The position numbers and the translations under genes are program-made. Shown in pieces: positions 14,001-26,000 of a DNA stretch of 64,000 nucleotides; positions within the stretch are counted from its first letter, which is position 1; each line of letters begins with the position of its first letter. Under the pieces are notes generated by a model. It did not search any database. It had not been told where the DNA came from and saw only the letters and a list, made by a program, of their open reading frames with translations. The stretch is from Phoronis australis (Eukaryota; Animalia; Phoronida): assembly GCA_002633005.1 (NCBI GenBank), contig NMRA01000326.1, forward strand, positions 62,001 through 126,000. The letters run 5' to 3'.

Positions 14001-17000
14001 GAAATTATGCGACTTTGTTTAAAGTTGGCCTACAAAGACAAAACCCAATTTCTGTACTTCCCAGAACATTGTAATTTGCTTGAATTTCTCATGCAGTGAC
14101 TCTTAAATCATAACTGTCAACGTGTTCAAAGTATAGAGAGACAGTAAATGAACACAAAATATGTCAAATCAGCTTCAATCCACGCATAAAATTTTATAGA
14201 ATGCAAATAACGGAAATATTCTAAAAACTGATAGAAAGTACAAACTGTATCAAAATATTCTTGTTAATGGCTGACAGCAATGCAGTGAGAGTGTTGAATT
14301 ATAGCTTTTCATGATATCAGGAAATCCCGATAAAAAGGAAAGAAAAGTGCACCTTTAATCACGTCATGGCATCATGCTAAGCTTACCAAACTCGGCAAGT
14401 TTGAGGTTTGTTTTTGCTCTTTCATCTGCAGAATTTAATAATTAAAATCCTAAATTAAAATATTTAAAAAGTAAAAAGGTGAAAGTCAAAGTATGTGAGA
14501 ACACCATAGAAAACTCCAACAACTGATAAGTTGAACAATCATAACTCATAATAACTGTCAGGCAATATTTTAATGAGTCACTTTTGCACCAACTGTTGGG
14601 TAATATGTTAATGAGAAGTCTTCCTAATAACTGTCGGTAATATGCTAATTGGCCGCTGTCAAGTCGTTAGGGAGGTATCAAATAGTGCTGCCAATCAAAC
14701 AAAAGATGGCTACCACAGGAACCTTCAGGTGTCACACTTAAGTCTGTGGCAAAAATAAAAGTTATTGTGAACGTAAGCGATCTTCTAGTTTCTTGTTTCA
14801 CAAGTTGAAGTCACAACTGTGCTAGTGAGTGCTACAAAGCACCAGCAAAATATTGTGAAGTGGAGTTTACATGAAGTTTGTTCCACACTGAAGGTGACTC
14901 TCAGTAAATGATTCCAGACAAAAACAGATTGCTGTATTTGAAGAGTTTTGCATAGCAGTATGGTGAAATAATTAGTTATAAATCAATTGCTCAGTTCTCA
15001 CTTCTCACACTTGACTGTGGACAATGTACCATTAAATGAGTCAGACGCAAATAATTGACAATAAGGAAACCAGTTATTCCACCAAGTCTGCCATCTACTA
15101 TTTACCATGATAGCCTACTTACCGTCCGTTGGCATCCGTTTAGAAATGAACGCTCCAATAACAGAGTGGCGACCTGAAGGTCAAGGTTGAGGAAAGAGAA
15201 GTAGAAGTGAGAAAGTATTACAACCACACCCTGTAAGTGTTACAGTGGGGGAGTTAACTGCCACAAGTCCCATAATGCTAGTGAGTCTGGAGGACCTCTG
15301 CTGGTACAAACTAAAGTATGGTAACACACTGCAGTGTTGATTGCAATCACCTGCTTGGTGAGAAATAACAGAATTTCTAGAACACTATTCAGAGTTATGA
15401 CATGAAATAATACACAAATTCCAGATGGTAATATTCCATCAGAGTTACAGACACTGAAGTGTGAGGAAATTTGTTTAACAAGGATTGCACTTGATTGGCT
15501 TCGCCAGTTCAGTCAGGTCAAGTGGTTAAGGCATCTGATTGGTCTTGAAGTTGTCATCCAGCATCCATTAGATGTCTTAGCCAGTTGACCCGGTTCAAGT
15601 GAAGTCAATCATGTGTACTAAGGTAAAGAGGGAAGTTTGCAAACTGAACAAACAGAACTAACTGCATGTAACTTCTCACCAAAACACTCCATTTCCGTAC
15701 TTTTATGAATTCAAGGAAGTGTGAGCAGAGAAATCAAAATTGGAGATGAAAATAACAATAACTTTGAAATCACATATGTTTTATATATCCAAGCAAATGG
15801 GTTGCAGAAAAACAGTACACAGACAAAACTGCAGAATCTAAAATTGGGACATCCAGACATAAAAATTCAAAGCTTAAGCACTATGGCAGTTAACTTGATG
15901 TGCAAAGAGAAACCTGAAGAGGTTAGCCAGGATGCATTGTGAAGATGCAAGACACTCTTGAAAAAGCAGTATCGCTCAAAATCCCGCGAGTGAAAGGTAA
16001 TTTATGAGAATACTTGCAATCTTACTACATAGCCTAGCAAAAATTTTGGCCACCGGTGTGATTGGTTGATGGTCGGAATATGGAAGTATTGGATAAAATT
16101 TGCAGTACGATTTCTTGTCGTGAGTTTCTTACGTCTTCAAAATACCACCCTGGTGTAATTTTAGGACCAAGTCATGCAGGAAAACCAAAGATGCAGTGAG
16201 AAGTAGAGCAAGCCACACACACACACACACACACACAGAGTTATAGAAAAGCTGTACTACCTAAACTGCGGATTCGATTACGCAAACTCCCTACAAAGTT
16301 TCAAAGCAACACAATCAGCAGTTCGCTATGACATAGGTCATATAGGCACATTGTAAGTTCGCATCATCAGTCCAGTTCCCTCATAGACTTACCCTAGAAC
16401 AATTTGCGCATGCGCAACTTGCCGCACTTTAAGCGGAGCATCCGCACGCACACATCCAATAACTAGCGCAAGGCGGAAGTTGTCACTCTGTGCTCAACAA
16501 TGGACAGCTGATGCCAATATGGCGCGCAAAAGCAAACCTGTGTGTATGTAACCACAGATGGTAAATACCTCTGCGTTGCCCCAGATTTGTAGCCATACAG
16601 CAATTAGAAGTGGCGCAAGTTATCAAACCTTGATAATGTGGAGTAAGTTGTCACAAGTGGGGTAAGTTGCACTAGTTTAAATAAAGTCCACACAACTCAT
16701 TCCAGGAATACCTTGTTCTAGGGTAAGTCTGCCTGTGGACAGCACTTTAGGCACAGTACACAGTCTGTCTGGACGACAATTTAGGCACAGTATACCCTCA
16801 GTCAGTCAAATCACTGATACATCAAGTTCAAAAAAATGGTTCATGCAGACTTTTGAGAAACAAATTACTTGTACTTTTACTTTTCTCCCGCAACAAAACT
16901 AGTACAACCAGAGCACATTAACTTTATTTGTTAATAAAATTAGATGTCATAAGCATTTGTGTATTGAATATTTCCATTCACATTCAGTTTTATATCCAAA

Positions 17001-20000
17001 AAGCAAAAATTGCTGAATATTCTGTGATAAATTTGATGACAAAAACAAAACTGAATTTTCCAGTGGAACTAAGTATTCTCCAGCCTGTATGAACCATTAA
17101 ATACAACTGATAATGGCACAAGATACGCAATTAAAAGGATATAAGAGGTCTTTGTAATGTAGCCATAATGAGAAAACAAGCTAACTAAACAAAGATGGAA
17201 GATTCTTCAACCTTGCTTCTCACTTCAACATTCCACGCAATATTCTGGCATCGAAATGAAAAGCACCATCCGCTCAAAAATATAACTCACACTACCAAAC
17301 TTGACTTGGAATTTATCAATCCTGAGGTAAGCTTGAAGTGACATTCCAAGTTTCACTGTGATTGGGCAATTTTCAAGCTGATCATCAAGTAAAATTTGTT
17401 GGTGACAGTACTTGATTCATTAGATTGATTACAAGCTCCATCATCTGGAGCATAATGAACTAAAAGATAACACCGTACATGTAAAACATCTGTCAGATTT
17501 CAAACCGTTGAGTATAAGTTTCTCAGTATTTGAAACGAAGATTTCTCCATCGAAAATGTTGTTAGAGAAAGCGGTTTCAGAAGATGATGCCAGGAAGTTG
17601 ATTGTGAGGAGACCTTGAAGCTCTATGCTAGGACACACTTCATCTAAATACAGAGTATTTTCTTGACCACTCTCTCAAATATATCAACATTCACTTAGAA
17701 TCCATTTCATGAGATAACCAAGTCATAAGATAGCCCAGTTTTAAAAAACTCGCCAGCCCATTAGCAGACTTTTTAAGGAGAATTTTGCTCCAAACTTTCA
17801 AGGGATGTCAAGGATTTCAGAGCATTATTTTGTTTCAGAATGAAACTGAGTGGGGAAGTTATATCTATTAATAGGTATCCTTCTAAGGTTACTTCAACTA
17901 AAACACTACCAGGATAAAGTTCAGGTACTAAGTAGCCATGGCAACACTTACAGTTTCAATAGACTCACACAAACACACAGACACTCAAGACAAACTAAAA
18001 AACAGACAAAGTGCTGACTGTGAAAACAGACACATCAATTAGAAAAAATCTCAACATCTTCATTGAAGCTGTCTCTGTCAAAAAATTTTGGTCGACATTT
18101 ACCACTATGAAAGTGGCCTAAACTCATCATTTACTCAAGTCACTTTTGGACTTGGAGGGAACTGACAGTTACTGCTTGAGACAAGACTCAATTTTGCTTG
18201 ACCTGCATGTTGTGAACACATCCACTACCACAAGAAACTGTAGGAACACCAAATTTATCCACCTTCACTCTTAGCTTTTATTGTGAGTCAGCATGCGTGA
18301 ATAATTGGCTGATAAGCCACCTATGGAACTACTTTTGGCTGAATGGATGACCAGATTAATGATAATTAACCAAGACCAGTTAAATAATGCTGCATGGAAT
18401 AGTTAATACCTTCATGGCAATTTTGAAAGAGTGGGCATCTTCTGCTAGTCTATCGCTGAAAGTCTTCTAAAAAAACTTGGTTTACCGACCTCTGATTTTC
18501 TGGATTATGCAAACATTAAAATTCAAATATGCAACTTTTTCATTTCTGCCATCATTATGCTATGGAAAAAAGAAAAAATTGGCAACAATCCGTACAAGCA
18601 ACAAAGAATATGTCATAGCATCACCTAGCCTTGGTGGAAAGCTGTATACTGGGCGCTTACAAAAATTCATTTCACGCGGAGGGGACGCTTATTGTAGCCT
18701 AAGGCATTTGAAACCCGGTTTCTGAAACCGGTAAACTCGGAAGCTAGGATTTATCAAATTTACACTATTTGTAGTTTATGACAATCTTTCTACAAAATTG
18801 TGCTGCATTGCTATCAAACTCTGTTGTTAAATTACGATCATTTTTTAAAAATTTGTGCTGAAATCCCAGGGCGAAAACTTGCCGACTCTTACGTCGCTGA
18901 ATCGCGATCGTCGATAGGAAAACTTGAATTCTTGAATAAAAATACAGTTTCGACTCAACAAATTACCTGAAATCCTCCTTATGTTTTACAATTTTTTAAG
19001 TTCATATGGAGTCCAGATTAATTGCGAGTAAGTCCAAATCTGCGCTACATCGTACCCCACAACACAAGAAAAATCTCTGGATGAACACACATGTTGTTGT
19101 CACATGACGTTTGTTTTGAAGTTCGTCTGCGTATGAGAGTGAAAGCGTCTGCGGGTCATCAACGACAGACTTTTGTTACAAAAGGCGGAGGATTATGGAA
19201 GAAAATGGCGTTTATTAGATTGTTTTTCACTTACACGGCTGCAATGTGCAAGGTGAAGGCCAGTTAACTCACAGATTTTGTGTGCACAGGCCGACTGTAG
19301 TTAGCTCTACCATGGAGTAAAACATTAATGGTCTTAGGCTCGATCTACATGTTCGGGACGAGGTGAACTACCTGGGCTGTGTGAAATTTCTAGGTCTAAC
19401 GGAGACACTGACGCACTGGTACCTAAAGTCAGCCAGCTCGATGTATTAAGACTATCGTCAAAATTCAAATTCGTTTTATTGTGTCCCTGTCAATAATAAC
19501 GGCATGCTAAAGTTTCTTAATGTACGTACTTCAGGAACATAACAATCACGTGTTTTGTACACATACGCGCACACCGCAGATCACATCTCGAAAATTTCCG
19601 ATTTGACGGATGACAATGAATGACCACAATGAAATTTAACAACATCGTTTTACAGCTTGTAAGAGCTATAATAAACGGATTTTGAATATTGCAAAGCATG
19701 TGTTCCAAAATCTAAATAACGGGTCCTATATTTTTGTATTCGTGCGCGCCTAATGAAAGTAATCTTGAGTGTTGCTGTGTTGCTAAATCTCTTATTCTGG
19801 GCCGATTTGAAAAATTCAAAGTTGTACCAACATTTTTTCTCTCCTCTTTTCAAATATTACACTCAAAACTACCTAAAACGCTCTGCATGTACGGTCATCT
19901 AGGCTAGATTGTAAGCAGCTGATCGTATCCGCATGAGCGAAGCCAATTATCCTTACTCGTGACTCGATGAATAGAGCAGCTAGGCAGGATCCCTTTGATC

Positions 20001-23000
20001 ATAAGCTGAGCGCAACGCAGCCAAGGTGGATAAATACGGTCTAGTTCAATCGGCCAAACCCCACAGTTTTCCCTGATCAGGGGGGTTGTGACGTCATCTT
20101 GTTTAGTGGGAATGTTCACAACATGTGGCTAGTCACTGCATGTGCTGACCATGGCTTCATGTTGGCTTGACCTGGCTGGTCACTGACAAGACTCTCAAGT
20201 TGTCTTGACCTGGCTGGTCACTGCATGTGCTGACCATGGCCTCACGGCTTGACCTGGCTGGTAACTAAGAAGACTCTTGAGTTGTCTTGACCTGACTAGT
20301 CACTATTATATGTGCTGACCAAGGCTTCAGGTTAGCTTGACCTGGTTAAGCACTGTATGTGCTGACCACAGCCTTAAGTTGGTTTGACTTGGCAGGTCAA
20401 TGTACGTGCTGACCTTGGCCTCACGTTGGCTTGACCTGGCTGGTTGCTGACAAGACCATCACATTGTCTTGAACTGGTTTGTATGTTCTGACCGTGACTT
20501 CAAGTTAGCTTGACCTGATTGGTCACTATATGTGCTCACCATGGCCTTATGTTGGCTTGACCTGACTGGTCACTGACAAGACTCTAATGTTGGCTTGACA
20601 CGGCTGGTCACTTTATGTGTTGACCATGGCTTCAAGCAGTAACTGTCAGTTCTTCCTGAACTAATTTGAAAGTTGTTCTTCACGGAAGGCAAGGTAAGAG
20701 CAGCTCCAAGTCAGAAGAGCAAGAAATACTTGAATTCGAACAGAGAACAATGTTTCACAATCAAATAACAGAATGAATCTGTAGACAGCACTACTCACTG
20801 TAAAAATATAAAGTTAGTAGATAACATACAGCCAAATCATTAACTAGTAGTGATCTATTTTACAGAGGAGTAACCAAACAGAAACAGAAACATGGCCACT
20901 GACCTTATACATAACACTTATAGAAGTTTGTACCCAAGGACAATACACGTGTGATATTTGCTAAATCACAAACTCACGTGATTTAGGCCGCCTGACCACA
21001 GTCTGACTGGATTCCTCCCCGCCAAGATCAAATGACTGAGACAACTGATGCAAGGAGCGCCTCCTGCCCTCTGGTGTTGTCTGCTTCAACACTTCTTTCT
21101 TTTGTTCAGGAGATTCCAACCTAATACAATAAGGTACTTACAGAAACTAATCTGTGGTGTCATTGCAAACAAGTTAGTTATGGGTCGTCGACCATGACAC
21201 CCCTGACAGAGACTAGCTCTACAGGTAGTATTAAACAAGTGACGCATTAACTGCTGTGTCTGTTGCAAGTATAAAAATTTTGTTGAATATTTTGGAAACA
21301 ACAATTTACTTCCTTTCTTTCAATTGAGTACGCGTACCATTTTGCACCATAATGATTAGGCTACTTGCGTATGAAGTCCATGCCATAACTAACGCTAACC
21401 TAGGTCACAGACAAGGATACAAAAACATTATGCATGGTTAGTAAACAGACGTCAACACTTAAGCCAAGTTCTCATTTTCATGGTTTAACGTGAACATGAC
21501 AAAATTTAATCTGCTCATTGATCAGAGAGTGACATTCTTGACAAGAGATGCCTGCTGGTAGACCAAAGTCACATCAATGGCAGCTAATCACAAGGTATCG
21601 GAAATGACACAATGGCCGCACAATAAGAACTAAGGAGCTTTTCAATGTTGAAACATAAACGCATTGGAGAGTGAGTCAGTATGAATGGTGCACTTGAACT
21701 TGACTGTATAGGCAGGTGAATTTAACAACACTTTGATGTGAACTATTAATTTTGGTTCCATCAGAGTTATACAGAGGTGTTGCTATCAATAACAGCATGC
21801 ACTTTGGTATAATTTGATTTTTTTCAAAAATATTACCATTCTACCACTACAAGTACTTCTTGCAATAACTTGAGTGACCCACACACCAAACTTCAGTGTT
21901 CGCTAATTACCGAAGCTGATCTGGAAGGTTCAACAAACTTCGTACGTTACATAGACGTCATCTGGTACCAGTGTTAAATTGGCATGAAAAGGTCTTTAGG
22001 TCACTCTTAGGCATTTTGAGACTTGATGACGCTCAAATCTATTGATGAAATACTAGGTGCTATAAAATCAGCAGAGTCTGCTATGATCAGTTGATAGAGA
22101 ATAACTTACTTCCAAGTATCTGGAGCAAACATCATAGAGAGAGCGTTGGCCACAGAGTGAGTTCTGTAAAACAGAATGGTGGAACAAAACAATAAACATA
22201 TATGGCACTATAGCTACAAAGATGTTGTCTCTAAGGTTATGGCAGGAGCATGCAATACTGATTCATATCAATGGTCAAAGTTCAAAGGGCAACCCAGGGT
22301 CTAATATGGACAGGGTTGGAGGACAGTGTAGTGGCTTAGCCATGCTTCAAATCACCAACAGGATGGAAGAGTTGGCCACACATTATGGCAGGAGAAGAGT
22401 ACGAACAACAAAGGAAGACAGTAACCTGTGGACAACAAGGCAGTCACAGACAGCAATAACCTTGAAGAAGGTCTAGTAGGGGGCTGCATAAAGTACGTGG
22501 ATACGTGGAAATCAAGACATAGCTAAAATTCAGGAAAATATGGTTGAATAAAACGCTGGGTATATGCGCCTTGCCACTTTGTAAGCATGCTGTTTGACTA
22601 TTTGATCAAAATCTCACTTGAAATGTAGGACAGCACTACTCCTGCAGTGCATAAAATCAAGAATGAGGCAAACATCTCGAAATACAATCATACTGCAAAA
22701 TGCTGACAACATGTATACACAATTATATAGCACTTCATAAGCATACCTTTTCGGTAGAAATCCACTGAGAAATGTAGGAGTTACACACAGAAGAGTATTA
22801 GTCACTGCAAGACACAAAGACTGAATGACACCTACCTACAGGTGTCATAAATGATACACAAGTCCATGGTTTTGAGTTGAGTATGCAAAGCCTATACAGA
22901 CTCGCAAGGAGAACTGGTATTAGTAAACAAGCCAATTTTTACATTGTACTCCACGAGTATCCCGCAATAAAATGCAGATTTCTCTTAAAATAGAGAAGAA

Positions 23001-26000
23001 ATGCTGAAAATACAGCATGATAACTTTTGCCATTAGTCCGTGAAAATTGCGAGGTTGCTAAGACACAGAAATTTACGGAATATTCATAAGCTAGTTCTTT
23101 TTTATCTGTGGATCTCGACTTTGTTGGTCAGCTTATGCCACCAAAATTTACAATAAACTGGAAATAAAGCTTTAATTGCAACAATTTGGCGTCTTTGTAT
23201 GGAGGACTAACTAACTGTATCAATACTGACCATGGGATAGACTTTGTGGAAATGTGACTGGCTTTGGAAATTATGGGATTAATACAAAAATTATAGGGTG
23301 TTTCAAAAGTGCTCCAAATTTGAGCACAGATGGTTCTGATGAAGAAAAGGGAGTAATAAATATTTTGAAAATAGCACAATAGCAATCTAGTCGATATCCT
23401 TTGAAAAACAGATGGAGGACGAAAGACAAGATACCCGCAACTCCACTTTGCTTCGGTCCAGTAATTTTGCTATGGGTGCAATGGCATTTCCCGGAGTGTA
23501 TTTGTCAAGAAATATTTCATTTACTTACCAAAGTTAGCAGATTTCCCCAAAGCCTTAATAAGTTAATGGCAACTATTTAATTCATAGAGTCTCAGGTTTA
23601 TGACACAGGCAAAACCTCTTGGAAATGTCGTCAAAATCCCGAGGCTTGCCAAGTGGTTTTGCTCATGTCATAAATTTGAAACGAGTGTGGGATTTGTTTT
23701 CTCATGAACCCTAAAAACGATCTTTTTTCCTGAAAAACTCGAGGTGTCTAAAACTTTCAACTATGTGACGCAACTTTTGTAGAAACACGCTTGCGCAATG
23801 TAAATTAATTCAGTTACTATTTGTTAATAGTTTTATTTTAAGCTTAACAATTATAATTGTAAATTGCATTCAGCTTTGGTAGCAAATATTCAAGTTAGAA
23901 TTATCTAATAAATAGTCTTTGAAGTTGAAAATTGTTTATAAATAACAGTCAGCAAGGCTTCCCCGCACGTGAGCACTGAATTGACCTTGAGACAGCACTG
24001 CTAGACAGTCTCGCTGCATTACTTGAATTGGGGCTCGTCTCCGTTGGAATGAACGTGTATATAGAATTCATCGCCGAAGATGCGTCTGTTCATTGAAGTT
24101 GTTTGCATGTCCTTCTGACTGGGAGTACGTACAGTTGCAACACCCAAATGGTCAATCATAACCTTGTCACCTTCTCGGAATTCCGGCATTGCTTGGTTGG
24201 CGCGCGTTTGTTTAGTGTTTTGCAGACAATAAAATGTAAGGCCGATGGATTTCTACTTTGCACTACTTTGTGATTCGCACATGTAACATCAAAAAATTTA
24301 CGTACTCGGTGTCATTAACCAGTCGTGTCGTAACACAATCTAGGTCATGTGAGAAACTACTTACGTTGGTATACCTTTCTTAACTTCGTCAATCTTCCGT
24401 TCAGCTTGTTCTCCATACAAGTTGGCATAATGCTCTCTGGAAAACAAGGCCAAGTTGAAACCAGTCATCAGTAACCCCTAAGAAGTATACAAAGCATTAC
24501 ACAATACCAGAGCATGTTCTCTAGACTGGCTCACAAACCTAACACTAAAGACATGCTGGCCATTACACACACAAAGAGCAAGGCCTACACAATATCCGAG
24601 TCGTACCAAGGACATATATATCTTGCAGTTATAAAAGAGAGGCAGACAGTTAGCCTATGAACAGCCACTCGCACGAGACCCTACCGTAAAGATATTTGCT
24701 CGTATAGTTCCATAAGATTTTCGTCACATCTGGTTGGCTCACGCTGGAACCAGTGCTTGAGATAAGTGTCGTCAAAATACGCGCACCATTCCTGAAGGGA
24801 AAATTTTGGATTAAATAGAGAAGTCTTCTGCAAAACTGAGAACAGTGTATTTGACGTTTAGTTGTCATAATAATTTTGCTTAGATTGGAAAAACACTGAG
24901 ATAAAAACAAAAAAATAACTAGAAACTGAGGCATCTATTTTCTCAAAGAAGTATATATTTTCTGAAAGCAGAAAGCCCGCAAAATTTGATTTATGTCTGG
25001 ATGCCAATCTACCGTTGGTTAGATCATGTAACAACGTTTTTAGTAAAATTTTAGCAAGAAAGGTACAATCATAGGAAAACAATGGTATCAATAGGATGAC
25101 CAAAGTTACTTTGACATATAATATTCAAGTTACAATTTGTCTTCGTTTCGTGCAACTTTTTATTTTTTCCATAAAAATAATAAATCGCATGTTTTAATAG
25201 CCACTCATGCAAAAGAGGATCAGTTATGGAGAACAGTGCACAAAGCATAGTATCTGAAAGTTTCACATGAATTCAATGAATTTCCGAGATACAATGTTCC
25301 AAACTTTGCCAAACCTAGAAGACCCTCAGCAGACTGCACATAATAAGTTAAAGGGCTTAAAACCGCCAATTTTATGCTGACAATGTTGCCACTCATGAAA
25401 ACAGGAAAATGCTGATTTTAAACAGTCTTATATCATGTTTAACAGTAAGTTACCAAATCAACTGCACACAATAACTTAACAGTCTTACCCGTATCATGTT
25501 GTTGCCAAACTTGCCAAGAATCTCCTCCACTCCGGCCATCACGTGATCTGTGACACGATCATTAATTGCTTCAAACATCATCTGCTTTTCTTCGTTAGCA
25601 CGCCGAATGGACAGTAGCTTTACAAAGGGTTTTATTGACATGCCCTGAAAAAACAATGATAGATTCTAGAACATTAGCATCAGGTTTTATTGTTTCAACT
25701 GATTAACAGATTCAACTTCATTCAAAGAAGACGAAAGCAACAAAAACTCTTTGAACAACCCAGGCCATTGACAGAACTGACCGAATGACTCCCCAGACCA
25801 ATCTTAACATTTTAAGTTATTTACCAACTAAAATTAGTACAAAATAAACTCAAACTTGTTATTCTAAGCATTCTAAGCACAAACTTCATAAATAACCCCC
25901 ATTCCCATGTGAGGTAAAGACACAGGAACTTGTTTACTACTAATTAATTAAATTAAAAGCAAGTCACCTGTATAAAGACGGTAAATATAATGACAGCCAA

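Noticed and set aside
17400-17700. Coding-like plus-strand stretch (LHHLEHNELKDNTVHVKHLSDFKP...)
   Set aside because: Interrupted by stops, with no recognisable domain or splice structure.
21142-21218. Possible exon (ASLCQGCHGRRPITNLFAMTPQISF) with a gtaagt donor
   Set aside because: Only about 21 nt from the next acceptor and phase-incompatible with it; no NHE similarity.
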